64,000 bases of DNA, taken from positions 128,001 through 192,000 of the forward strand of contig CBDBZY010000041.1 of the NCBI GenBank assembly GCA_965213685.1, written 5' to 3'. A model generated the notes under the pieces. It saw nothing but the letters and a program-made list of their open reading frames with translations, had not been told where the DNA came from and made no database searches. The translations under genes and the position numbers were made by a program. Origin of the DNA: a bacterium (GTDB taxonomy: Bacteria > UBA8248). Shown here piece after piece: positions 16,658 through 28,842 of this stretch (positions are counted from its first letter, which is position 1; each line of letters begins with the position of its first letter).

Positions 16658-17035
16658 TCAGCATTTTACCTTCCATATCATAGAATAAGTAGACTCTCTA
16701 CGTAGGGATGGTGCCAACACACCCTTTGTGAGAAGAGTGGAGAGGAAAGATGTTGATAATAAGAAATTAGCAACATAAAGATGGCACTGTTTATCCTCTA
16801 GTACCTTGGCCAGATCAAGCACCACCTGTGCTCCAAGACCAATTTTACGGGAGCATGCAGCACCTGTGTATACCTGGAATTCATACGGAGGCACATTATG
16901 GAAGTCAGCATGACACCACACTTTAATCCTCTCTTTACAAGCCTGGCTGGCAAAATATTTTAGGCTAGACCACACCTGGATGGGAATCGCCTGTCTACAG
17001 TGTGGGCAAGGAGGTTTTCGCTGGGTCAAAAGCAC
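16658..17035 (-). mobile_element. Degraded piggyBac transposase fragment
   Basis: IPIQVWSSLKYF..IKVWCHADFHN..EFQVYTG..GLGAQVVLDL..HLYVANFL resembles piggyBac IPFxGRSSLKQY..GIKVW..FQVYTG..GLG.VV..YxDNFF. The catalytic D of DNFF is lost. Confidence 0.8.
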
Positions 17036-17532
17036 TAGTACTCTTGATGGGGTGTATATCTAGCCCAAATGTTCATGCCCTGGTTCTCCTACTGGCAGTG
17101 TGGCATTGCATTCTGGCAAAATGGAAGAGCCACAAAATGTCTAAGAACCAATCGTGTGATATGGCTGATGCAAAAGAGGCTCACAGGACCAGTATAGCTC
17201 ATAGCAACTAAGATTGCATGCACCATGAACAAATCATTACGAAACCAGTACATACCTGCGAAAGTATACCGATTAACCTGTCGTAGACTCGTGCTTCCTG
17301 GAGCTGTGCGCATGCATCTTCTCGACCTAGGGTCTATTTCCCCTAAGTGATGCATAACCTCTCCGCAGTCTCTGGCCGGCCCAACCTCAACACCGCGCAC
17401 GTGGGCAGTATCTATTGCATAACCCTACCCACGCCAATTGTAGGTCTTCGCCCTTGCATCACGCGGTTTCAGCGATGGGAAATCACGTACAAAGAGGTAG
17501 ACCCCGAAAAGGCAGAGAACTTGGGCTTTAAG

Positions 17533-17874
17533 CATAGGCGGCGGAAGCGGGGGGGGCACCAGGGGCACGTGCCCCCCCTTGGAAATTTATACACTAGTTG
17601 TGCCCCCCCTTCAAATAGCTATACCGCGGTACGTACGTACCAGAAGTGGGACTCGCACTCGCGCGATTTCCAGCCGCGTGTAGTTTGAAGAATGCCTTAC
17701 AATAGACTAATCATGTTCCAATGTGGACCGTGCGTCTGATAATGTATTGCGCAGTATTACCCTGGCTGTCACAGTGGTATTACGGTGATTCTCATACGCA
17801 CGCACGCTTACGTGCACGTGATGCAACTTTAATGTAGGTGCCCCCCATGTTCAAAACAACTTCCTCCGCTAATG
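17533..17874. mobile_element. MITE with 5-bp TSD
   Basis: CATAGGCGGCGGAAG / CTTCCTCCGCTAATG termini, G-rich/C-rich subtermini, TTAAG duplicated on both sides. Confidence 0.75.
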
Positions 17875-18524
17875 TTAAGTTAGCGTTTCAGGTACGAACT
17901 AAACGTCTGGAGCGCAGTGACATTTTAGAGGTCTGAGCGCTGCAAGAAGCCCCAATCCTACTGGCAGGCAAGCGTGACCAGTAATTTTTCTCTAACTTAC
18001 ACGATTGCACACCTACGTGCACATGGAAGCAACCTAGAGCACCCCCTTAGCCACTATACAAGAAAACCTTCGTTGGTACCTGCACCGCAGCCACGGAGAC
18101 AACTTGTCCGCTGGCTGCATGTATCTCACAGGCGTGTACACCTTTTTGCGCTCTACCTACACTTGTTCTTCTCGTCCAAAGCCTGAATTTTACTCTCTTA
18201 AACACACCAATCCAAACTCAGGTTACCCAAATTCATAGTTACACAGCTGCACGCATACTCAATGAAATGTAATTTGCCTTCATAGGGCGTGATTTTGATT
18301 CGTGACGTCAGCATGTCGTACCTCCTCTGACCCCTTTCTACATAGCCCGCTACGCAATGAAATTGGCGTCGTGTACCAAGCTCTCCCCATGCATGCTTAT
18401 CCTGACAGGTACATTTATTGCGGCGCGCGGGGGAGAACCTGGGTACGAGGCTATTTATTCTCTTCAACATTTGGCACCAACTGGAGTTGTATAGAATGTG
18501 CATTGTGTGTAGGATGCCTTTCAC

Positions 18525-18862
18525 TTAACGCAGGTCACTGAGCACTAAAGGGAAGGAAGGTTCATGGGTCATTGAGCATGAATAGAACGCTGGTCAACCC
18601 TGACCATTGCGTGCGGTTGCGTATGAAAAGTATGTTGCACACCCATCACAGTTCAAGTACCTGTCGCGACATACATTACTCAGGAGAGAAGTCTTAACGC
18701 AGGTCACTGAGCACTAAAGGGAAGGAAGGTTCATGGGTCATTGAGCATGAATAGAACGCTGGTCAACCCTGACCATTGCGTTGATTGCGTATGAAAGGTA
18801 TGTTGCACACCCATCACAGTTCAAGTACCTGTCGCGACATACATTACTCAGGAGAGAAGTCT
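18525..18862. repeat. Tandem duplication, about 169 bp x2
   Basis: TTAACGCAGGTCACTG...GGAGAGAAGTC repeated head to tail with very few differences. Confidence 0.95.
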
Positions 18863-21845
18863 ACGCATTCCATAGAGAGTATACGATTACAAAATATGTA
18901 AATCAGAACTGTTAAAATGTAAGTGGTGGCTACAATAATGTAATTGCATAATTACATCATATTAACGCTGATGTCATGATGTCACTACAGATTATTATTA
19001 TGAGGTGGTGTTTGCTACTAAATACAGTTGTAGCAGTAATATACTGTTTTTGACTCAAAGGGAGCCCCACACACTACTAGAGAGAATGCAATCTGAAATG
19101 TGTCAATGTATTGGCAAGTATACTCTTAAATCTGTGCAGGTTTCATCAGATTGTGACGGTAGAAGAGTCAGAGGTAGCTACATCTTGAAGCTGTTAAAAA
19201 GTGCTAGTCTTAAGAGCGTCAGAAAAGTGTAGCAATTGGAAAGGTGTGTGAAATCCATACAGAAAACATACAAAACTAGCAGTCTTAAAACTGAGTAGTT
19301 ATGTGAAATCTGTCTCAATCTTTTTTGTAATAGTGTATGCCGTTAAGGCAGGTTTTGCAATAATACCCTCTTGAAACAATCTATGAATTTGATCACATAT
19401 TATATGAAACCTTTAAAATTGAGGCATATGCAGGTACAAACAAACAAATAAAAGCAGGACTGCATATAAAAAGATTGAAATAAGTGCGAAATCTGATACA
19501 GTTCAGCAATAATTATTCAATTCCAAATAACTGAAGTACAAGAGCTGGACAATATGCTAAAACCTTTTCCCATGCATAACAGCATTCTTCATGGATCGAT
19601 TTGACAAATAAACTTCACCAATGCTTGCATGCATGCAAAGTGTACTCAATACTGATTAGCCTTCATGGCAATGTATATCTGACAATGAAATATTATAGCT
19701 ATAAGCATGCAGGATGAGGGCAGAGACAGGCACTATTCTCATGTCACCTATAACAAAACTAGAGGATTCGCAGGTATAAATGCTCACTTCTATACATTGA
19801 CCAGCTGCAGTTAGTGAATGATTACCTGATATGCATATTCAACTTGACACTCACACCCTAAGAAGTTCTACATCTACATGTATCTGTCAACTTTCTTAAG
19901 TAAGTAAGTAAGAGGTCTCCAGAGTAATGGGTCGCACCAGGTACTTGAAACATGCTGGATAAGCACCCATCTTTCACACACGATTATTTCCAGGCCCAGT
20001 GTCATATGAGTGATCAGTGCTACTGTATGTCATACTCATTGAACTGGTTACTCAATGACCTTCGTTTATTTAGAGTATATCCTACACATATTATCACATC
20101 CTACACATATTACCAAGGTTTCATCTAACTCTCCAACTTCCCCCCCCCCTCAACTAGCCCCTCACATAGTGACAATATCCTAATTTAGACCAATTGAGCG
20201 TGGGCGAAACGTATTACGATTGCGCATCTGGTTCCGCATTAATATCTAGTGCTTTAGGTTCTCGTTACAGTCTGCGTTAGGCTGATTTCCGAGAGCGGCT
20301 ACTGCTCGGCGTGTGGCTTCTATTCGGTATTTCTCATCAAAGAACGTCACAAGTGAGTTCCCAAGTTATAGCAAATTTACTGTGTAAATCATACGAAACC
20401 TCGCGCCGTAGCGGAGGTACATAGAGCGTGACTGCCGCAGTTGGTTGAATTTTTCTCTACCACTGTATTCCGTCAAACCTACAAGGTAAAATGCGCATGG
20501 GCGTGGACGCTCGCCGCTTTTTGACAAAAATCACAACAATCCCACGTAAAAGTAAACTATAAAACTATGTACAATATCGCGATGAGAGGGCGGGCAAATA
20601 TTGGCGAGTGAATGAGTGCAGCCAGTCGGCGAGGATGTTTGTTTGGCCTCCGGTTGGAGATTTTGGCCTAGATTTACCCTAGCCTGATTTGGCAAAGCCT
20701 TGGCCTGGCCGTAGAAACGTATGTTTCGTATGGCTACTGTGGAGGAAAGTGTCATGTTCCGACGGTACTGCTATTGCGGAAGTGAGTGTGGCCATCTAGG
20801 TGGATAGCATACGTATTTTTCAAGCTCGGAAAATACGTATGGCTCAAGAGACTAGTCACAGGACATGTCATCTGGAGACTCGCTGCACATTCCACACATG
20901 CATTCAGTCTCAAGAGTATACCCTATGAGAGCAGTGTAGGAGTGGCATGGTGTCATTCAGCTGCAACTGAGATAATAACCATGGCAAGGTTAAATATCCC
21001 TCCATATTTTTTGCAGTAAATCATTGAGACAGGTTGCATGTGGGTAATGTGGGAAATATGTAAGATATGCTCTGTGCAAAATGAGCCTCCTGTTATGATT
21101 AACTTAATCATCCATATTTACTACACTCAGATGAATGTGCAGGGGAAAATTATGTATCAGTGGGGTACTTCCTGTATGTGCTCGAAACTGAATGCATGTG
21201 TATAATAGTACGTGTATAGTATGCTCCCTGTAGTAATAATCTTATTAGAGCTAGGCTGACAAATGTTCATGGATAATCTACTTTCTGAATGATTATGAAC
21301 ATGAGCAGTGGTCTGCATGTTATCTGCTCAAAAACACATAAAATGGGGTTGCTGTAAACATGTGCTATGTTTCAGGGCACAGTAAGTAAGATCTTGTGGT
21401 ATTGTCTGCTGCATCCAAGCTGCATATTATCCACTCAGCAACCTAGCAAAATTGCTAAGTTGATGCTCATTTCTTTAATACTCTTAAGACAAAATGGATG
21501 CACGCATGCTTGTGTTGGGTGTTCCACAACTAATAGGCATTGTGACTGGTGCTTGAAATGTGAAACGCATACCATTCATGCACAATTAACACCAGGGTAT
21601 TGAGACACTACAGTAATTACTCTACTGCTTAATCACCCATTTCAGCACCCATTATACTTAGGGAATATCCAAAATACCCTACGCATTCTATACATCTGTC
21701 AGTGCCAGATGTTGAGAGAGCAAACACGCAATTGAGATAAACACCTTTAAAGCATCTGTCACATCCTCGTGCATGTGCGGGGGTTGTTGTATATACCAGT
21801 TGTAGTCATTCTATGTGTGTGTATGTGACAATTGTGTGTGTGTGT

Positions 21846-21880
<35 letters not shown>

Positions 21881-22756
21881 TGGATAGTAAACCTATATCC
21901 ATGGTGTGTGTAAGTTAAGTGCTTTTTCCGCAACAGTAAATACAATAATCTTCAACTTCGATAATCTCTCGGAATGTCCATGATCTGGAGCTGTTTCATT
22001 GGAGGCTATTGGTTCGGGAACAGGCAAGAAGTAGACTTTCAAGGCTGTATAAACTTGCATTTTCAAGGTGTCATCAGCTACAAATGCGGATGGAAGTACA
22101 AACAGTTGGAGGTTGTGTAATGCATGCAGTTTGAAACCATTTGGCAAAAACGGGTCTAACCAAAATGATAGCCCTAGCATACAGTTGGGTGCGCACGAAA
22201 ATGCTGTACGTCAGGAGCCAAACTTCTTTCCTATTTGCCACATCTGGCACTGAGCTGATGTAGTGTAGTTACGTTCTGGTGATGTAACTGTTTGCATTTG
22301 GCATATATTGCAACATACATTACATAGAAGTATGCATGCATGTCCAATTAATTCCACACCTCATGGCACGAATTGTATATAAGTTGAACAAGGGTTGTGC
22401 ACTTTCCAAGGATTTGTAATTGTAGTGGGTACACTTGACAATGTGCTCCAGGTTTTTGTGTATTGAGTATGTACACAAGAAAATGGTAGCAAACGTTTGA
22501 GGTTGTATACCAATACGTATAAAAGAGCAGACTAGTAAGAAAATAATTGGCTGTTTTATGAAACTGATGTTAGCATTTCTACCATAATTCACTTTCGGAA
22601 GAATCCTCAAAGTGCTAGAATCCATGGCCATGGCACACACCCACGTGTGCATGATCTTGTTTGGCTTAAGTAGGTCATTCGGACTATTTTGTTCATATGC
22701 AGAGCAAGAGGAGGTCATTCGGAACTATTTTGTTGCTTTTGTTCATATGCAGAACA

Positions 22757-25700
22757 ATGTTTGTGTGCGGACGCCGGTTGATACCTCTCATTGCAGTCTT
22801 TTCCCTCTGTGGGGCCACTGAGTACTATGTCAGACCCACTGAGCCCACCAATACCTCGTGTCCTGCTCAGCCATGTCTCACCCTCAGCCAGTATATTAGT
22901 GACTCAGACCACTACTTCCAGTCCAACACCGTGTTCAAGTTTCTGCCTGGCACACATCTCATGAACAAGCCTGTTGTTTTAGAGGGTCTACACAACATTT
23001 CATGGACAAGATTCGAAAGCAGCAGCAACAAAATCCCAAATCTAGTGGCAGAGTTTGCTTGTGAGGACACATATGATTGTGTTAGTTCCATAACATTCGT
23101 ATATCACTACTATTGCTGTGCTGCAATTCAGGTGTACTACTCACACAATGTCATATTTGAAAGAATTTCTTTAACAGTTAAAACACCAGGCAGGTCTGCT
23201 ATAATTGGGCGATCTGTATCCAACGTTTATATTCATTTAAAGACAACATGCTCTGCACCCACTGCTATGAATAGTCCAGGTGGAATTCTGATATGGGATG
23301 CTAACCTAGTCCAGGTACACACATCGGATGTAAGCAATTGCTCATATGGACTTCTATTTTCTACCACTAATAATGCAGCTATTACCAACACAATTATAGT
23401 GAACAGTAACTCAGAAGGGATGTATCTGGAGTCTACTAATAACACTGTTATAGTCAATGCAAGTGTAATGTACAGTGGCAAAATAGGAGTACACTTGTCA
23501 CATGCTGCCAATGCTACCATCATCAACACAACAGCAATACAGCAATATACGGGAATGTCGTTTGTTTCCACCACTAACACCACTATCATTAACTCATTTA
23601 CAATGCATAGTGGTTCTACTGGGATGTTCTTCACGCACGCTACCAATACTACCATAATCAATGTAACAGCACAGCACAATAGTGTTGGGATGTACCTGTT
23701 AAGCACTAGTAGCACTTCTATCGCTAATTCACATGCATCGTACAATAGTAATGGAATAGAGCTGGTGAACACTGCCATAAATACTATTACTAACTTAACT
23801 CTACTGCATAACAACTATACTGGGATCTACTTGGGAAATGCTACTGATACCATTATATCCAACTTAACTGCACTGTACAACCATGTAGGAGCAAACTTGA
23901 TGTCCAGTACCAACACTAGTATAAGCAACCCAAGAATAATGTATAATTTTGAAGGAATGACGATTAAAAATGCAATAAACATTTATATCATTAATCCACA
24001 TATATCATACAATGATCATGGTGGTATATACCTTGCTGAAAGTGCAGAAATCTCTATTGTTAATCGTTTTTTGATACTTAATAATGGGTTCAAGACTACA
24101 GGGATAAAATTTTATCATACAAGCAATGTTATGGTCATTAACACAACTGTTATGTACAGTGATGAGTCTGGAATTACCTTGTTCAATACAATTAACACTA
24201 CCATAGTCAACCCAACTGTGCTTTACAATGGCAACAAAGGTATACTTATGGAGATGACTATAAACACTTCCATCATTAATCCAGTTTTACTACATAACAA
24301 AGGGCATGGACTTTATATATCTATGGCTACCAACACTACTGTCGTTAACCCAGCTGTTTTGTACAATGGTGAGTATGGTGTGATGTTGTCAGCCTCTCAA
24401 AATACGGACATTAGCAATGCAACTGTAATGCACAATGGGTGGAGCTTCAATGTACCAGCAATCAATGGAGATTTCATAATTTTTTCTTCTTCCCACACTA
24501 CCATCCACAACAGCTCCTTCACTAACATCAGCACTGCTGCAAGTGCTATGAGTACTGCAAATCCCACCAGTCTCCCTGCTGTTATTGTACTGTATAATAC
24601 TTCTTTACATATCAAAGGATGTAACTTTACAGGAAACAATGTCACTGCCATAAAGGCATTTGCATCCACCATAATAACATCTGGTGATCTGATATTCTCC
24701 AGTAACAGAGCAATTGCTGGAAGTGCCTTTGTATTAATTGAAGACAGCGTTTTGACACTCACTGAAAATAGTCACACATATTTTGAAAATAACTATGCTT
24801 CTGACATTGGGGGAGTGTTTTACATTGCTAGAAATGTACACTACAAGGTTCATAATTATGTGCTCTATGATGTTGGTAATATACGTCCTCCAAAGACTAA
24901 TATGTTAATAACAATATGCTTCTTAAACACAGAGGGAAGTAGATCCAAGAGCAGGCTAACGTTTGTGAACAACTCAGCCAAAAATGGAGGAGACATACTG
25001 TATGGAGGGCATGTGGCATATGGTTTGGATGGAGGCTGGAACTGTTTACTGGCCTTTAAAAACATATCCAATATATCACAAACTGGACTATCTCTAATAA
25101 CATCGGACCCATCACGAGTGTGTCTCTGTAATGAGAGTGGACAACCTGACTGCCTCATTCTAGCTGATCCTACACAACATTCCATCTACCCAGGCCAGTC
25201 CATCAGTCTATATGTGGTGGTTGTTGGACAAGATTTCGGAACAGTTGCTGGATCTGTGTATGCACAATTCCTACAGAAATCAGCTACCGAGTTTTCACAA
25301 CTGTCAGACACATGGCAGGAAATTCAAGGCGTCAAACAAGAAGTGTGCAACCACCTCACATATGTTATCTTCTCTCCAGGTCAAGTCTCTGAAGCAGTGC
25401 TTATTCTAACAGCAAACAGTAGAAATGTTACACAGTTTTACACCAATAAAGAACTTCAAGACACAACTCTTGAGCAGAATAATGTCTATAAGACAACAGC
25501 AGTTGAACCCCTGGAGTATAGCCATTCTTCTATTTATATTAATATTACTTTCCTTCCCTGTCCTGCTGGTTTCATGCTCACAAGTGCCCCACCTTTCAAG
25601 TGTGACTGTAATCAGTTGTTGCAAATGTTACAAGGAGTCAAATGCTACATTCAAGAACAGACTATTGGGCGAAGTGGTTTAGTATGGGTAGGCATGCTAA

Positions 25701-27055
25701 AAGATGACAATGGCACTATTGTAGGCTCTCAGTATTGTATGTTTGACTACTGTAACAATGCAGACATCAATGTGACACTCAGTAATCCTGACTCTCAGTG
25801 CAACTACAATCATTCAGGCATTCTGTGTGGAGGATGCCAGCCTCATCTCAGTCTTGCCTTAGGAAGTGCACAGTGTCTGCAGTGTTCCAACAAGTACCTT
25901 GCTCTCCTCATACCATTTGCATTGGCAGGACCTGCACTTGTGTTCTTCATAAAAATACTGGACCTCACAGTCTCTCAAGGAACAATCAATGGACTGATAT
26001 TCTATGCCAATGTTCTCAAAGCAAATGAGCACATTTTTCTTCCTCAGAGACAAACAAATCCATTGACTCTTTTCATAGCATGGCTTAACCTGGACTTGGG
26101 TGTGGAGACCTGTTTCTTTCATGGCATGACCGCCTACACCAAGACATGGCTACAGTTTGTGTTCCCTCTCTACATCTGGGGCATTGCAGGACTCATCATC
26201 ATCTTAGCCAAGTACAGTGATCGGGTGGCAAAAGTTATGGGCAATAATTCTGTCCCTGCTCTGGCCACCCTCTTCCTCCTTTCCTATGCCAAGCTATTTT
26301 ATACCATTATAACAGCTCTATCATACACAATTCTTCACAGTACGCAAGGCCAGAAGGTTGTGTGGTCTGCTGATGGGAATGTGGACTACCTGGGTCCAAT
26401 GCATATTCCTTTATTTACTGTATCTGTGGCTGTACTTCTCTTCCTGTGGCTCCCATACACACTGCTACTCCTTCTTGGACAGTGGCTACAGAGATGCAAC
26501 TGCTGGCTAGTGGGCTCCACTTTAATAAAAGCATTTTTAAGCACCCACTATGATGCACTAAAAAGCAAACATCGCTACTGGTTTGGTGTCCTGCTTATAG
26601 TGAGAGCTGCAATTCTCCTGATATCAGCACTAATTCCAGCTAACCACAGTAATACAATTAATCTATGTATTTCAGTCTCTGCCATACTATTGAACTATTT
26701 TGGCCCAATAGTTTATCGTAGCACTGCTGTGGCCTTGTATGATGTCACCTTTTTCATGAACCTTGCACTTCTGGGAATGGCCAGCTATTTTACTATCATA
26801 GTAGGAGGAGACCAGACTGTGGCTGCCTACACACTTATTGGACTTGCATTTGTTCAGTTCGTTGGATTAATTGTCGTCAAAGTGTTTTGCATCATCAAGA
26901 GGATTGAAAAGGTAAAGGCATGCCTTCAGAAGGGGCCAGCTGAGGATGACTGGGAGCTCTATGAAGAGGCAGCACTTCTGAGGGAGATGGAGTCTGATAC
27001 TGAAGATGAAGATAGTGATGGATCTGGTAGTGTTGAGAGCCTCCCCACATACTGA
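22757..27055 (+). CDS. Intronless right-handed beta-helix / Pmp-like / Cys-rich multipass membrane protein (about 1430 aa)
   Basis: Open ORF; the ATG at 22757 is homologous to the paralog start and is followed by a signal peptide. About 17 coils of Gxx[L/F]xxxxNTTIxNxTVxYN; FxxNxA..GG motifs; Cys-rich CPAGF..C.C..QCNYNHSGILCGGC..C..C; about 8-10 hydrophobic segments; acidic tail. Confidence 0.9.
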   Translation: MFVCGRRLIPLIAVFSLCGATEYYVRPTEPTNTSCPAQPCLTLSQYISDSDHYFQSNTVFKFLPGTHLMNKPVVLEGLHNISWTRFESSSNKIPNLVAEFACEDTYDCVSSITFVYHYYCCAAIQVYYSHNVIFERISLTVKTPGRSAIIGRSVSNVYIHLKTTCSAPTAMNSPGGILIWDANLVQVHTSDVSNCSYGLLFSTTNNAAITNTIIVNSNSEGMYLESTNNTVIVNASVMYSGKIGVHLSHAANATIINTTAIQQYTGMSFVSTTNTTIINSFTMHSGSTGMFFTHATNTTIINVTAQHNSVGMYLLSTSSTSIANSHASYNSNGIELVNTAINTITNLTLLHNNYTGIYLGNATDTIISNLTALYNHVGANLMSSTNTSISNPRIMYNFEGMTIKNAINIYIINPHISYNDHGGIYLAESAEISIVNRFLILNNGFKTTGIKFYHTSNVMVINTTVMYSDESGITLFNTINTTIVNPTVLYNGNKGILMEMTINTSIINPVLLHNKGHGLYISMATNTTVVNPAVLYNGEYGVMLSASQNTDISNATVMHNGWSFNVPAINGDFIIFSSSHTTIHNSSFTNISTAASAMSTANPTSLPAVIVLYNTSLHIKGCNFTGNNVTAIKAFASTIITSGDLIFSSNRAIAGSAFVLIEDSVLTLTENSHTYFENNYASDIGGVFYIARNVHYKVHNYVLYDVGNIRPPKTNMLITICFLNTEGSRSKSRLTFVNNSAKNGGDILYGGHVAYGLDGGWNCLLAFKNISNISQTGLSLITSDPSRVCLCNESGQPDCLILADPTQHSIYPGQSISLYVVVVGQDFGTVAGSVYAQFLQKSATEFSQLSDTWQEIQGVKQEVCNHLTYVIFSPGQVSEAVLILTANSRNVTQFYTNKELQDTTLEQNNVYKTTAVEPLEYSHSSIYINITFLPCPAGFMLTSAPPFKCDCNQLLQMLQGVKCYIQEQTIGRSGLVWVGMLKDDNGTIVGSQYCMFDYCNNADINVTLSNPDSQCNYNHSGILCGGCQPHLSLALGSAQCLQCSNKYLALLIPFALAGPALVFFIKILDLTVSQGTINGLIFYANVLKANEHIFLPQRQTNPLTLFIAWLNLDLGVETCFFHGMTAYTKTWLQFVFPLYIWGIAGLIIILAKYSDRVAKVMGNNSVPALATLFLLSYAKLFYTIITALSYTILHSTQGQKVVWSADGNVDYLGPMHIPLFTVSVAVLLFLWLPYTLLLLLGQWLQRCNCWLVGSTLIKAFLSTHYDALKSKHRYWFGVLLIVRAAILLISALIPANHSNTINLCISVSAILLNYFGPIVYRSTAVALYDVTFFMNLALLGMASYFTIIVGGDQTVAAYTLIGLAFVQFVGLIVVKVFCIIKRIEKVKACLQKGPAEDDWELYEEAALLREMESDTEDEDSDGSGSVESLPTY

Positions 27056-27594
27056 CTGATTTTAATGGAAAGCATCATTATTTGTTTTAGCACACATATC
27101 ACAATTGCTGTACATACATGTATATATAGTTCTCAACAGTTGCTCCCCATATGTTGCTGTGTAGTTCGTTGTAGAATAAGTTGCTTTCTTACTTCCAATT
27201 CCTGCAAATATTGTTAAAATGCTTAAAGCCAGCTCACATATTGATTGATTATTGATTTTTACTGGTATAAAACAAGTACTCCTTTCAACAGTTGTTTGTA
27301 GCAAACATACCAAAATAATACGTTTTTTTTAACATAATTATATAGCTCCATTGTTGAAGAGTTTTCTTGTGAATAGGTTGCTTTCATGTTTTCAATTCTT
27401 GCAAGTATGACAACCACATAAAAAAATGTCCGTCTTTTTGTGTAAAACGCGGCCGCAAATAAAAATGATCGGTGTCAGATCGTCAGGCCATAGCATTGTT
27501 GCGATTGCTTCTCCTTAGAAGACCATTCTGTCAGTCACATCTACGCAATCGGCTCCACTTGCCAGAGTACGTACCAGACGTAATTCCCTGCATA

Positions 27595-28063
27595 CCGTAT
27601 AGCGCTCATATTTCGCAGGTCTAAAATTTCGCGAAAAGCTGTTTTTGACATTTTCGTTAAAAATATTTCGCGAAAACGCCACGCGCGTAGGCGCTGGATG
27701 GTACGCGCCCAGGCACGACAATACGGGCAGAGTTAAATCTAAAATCGATAGCAGTACGCGGCTTTAGCGCAAGCTGTCAGACGTGCCAACTCCCGAGATT
27801 CAGCAACCGTGCGTGATTACCACGTTCATGTGATTGCCACGTGTGTGATTACCACGTTCATCAGGTACTCTATATTAGAACTGGCATCTTTCAACTCTCT
27901 ATCTAAGCTTGACACGCTCGCGCTCGCTTTAACGCTAAAGGCGCGGCTTCAGCACGCTCGCGTGATTATGCCTTTTGGTGGGCGGAGTCTTAAAAATTTC
28001 GTTGAAATAATTTCGCAAACGCTTCCAAATTCGCGAAATTCGCGAAATATAAGCGCCATACAG
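27595..28063. mobile_element. TA-TSD MITE
   Basis: TA|CCGTATAGCGCTCATATTTCGC ... GCGAAATATAAGCGCCATACAG|TA with internal TTTCGCGAAA palindromes. Confidence 0.75.
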
Positions 28064-28842
28064 TATTACATATGCTTACGTTGTAGTACATGTGCAGCAA
28101 AATACCTCTTACCATTTGTAGAAGTAGGCCAGAGAGCAAGTCAGTTTACCTTGGAAAGTGACATCCCTATTTGAGTGACAACAAAGTGTAGGAAGCAAAC
28201 TTGTGCCAGGGAAAGCACCATGACAATCCCTATGGACCAGGCAGAGACATGAGCACTGCTTGTGCAGATGTCAATGAGAGGAGTGCTTACAGAAGCATTC
28301 TCACTGCCAACAGTGCAAATAAGCAGCTGAAAACTGTACAGGAGAATAGCGTTGCACCTCACTCACACTTGTCTTACAATGTCCAACATTCCATTATGTG
28401 TAGAACATTATGTAATGGGCTACAAGTCATAATTCAGTTAACTATGGTGCATATGAAAAGTTTTAGTGGTGCATTTGAATATACGCATGACATCTCATGC
28501 ATGTGCACACTGTACAGAATATGTATGCTGCTCTCTAAAAATTTGAACATCAAAGGCCAAGGGTCAATTAAACTGTTACAAAACTCGTGGTCCCCACAGC
28601 TGTCTGTTTATCCTTGTATACCACAGTGTGTGGGCATCTCATGCCACTAAAGTTATAGCATACCACAGACACTATTATGTACATATGTAGTTTCACTGCT
28701 GCTATGACAATATAATACTTAATGGCATTAGCACAATGGCATTAGCACAAGCTATGTGATCTGCATTTTACTCAAAACAGGTCCTGTGAGCTTATATGTT
28801 GCTGCATATGTGTATCCTTTTGTTCAAAATTAATGCAGAACA

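Noticed and set aside
20190-20780. CpG-rich promoter-like island
   Set aside because: No linked exon found; part is shared with 39365-39550, so it is more likely a dispersed repeat.
21893-22320. Coding-like stretch upstream of the receptor gene
   Set aside because: Interrupted by stops and no family recognised.
22697-22756. Upstream ATG of the 1452-aa ORF
   Set aside because: Paralog alignment and the signal peptide favour ATG 22757.
23233-25185. Antisense ORFs within the receptor gene (and similar ones in the GH7 and P genes)
   Set aside because: Shadow frames of real + strand CDS.
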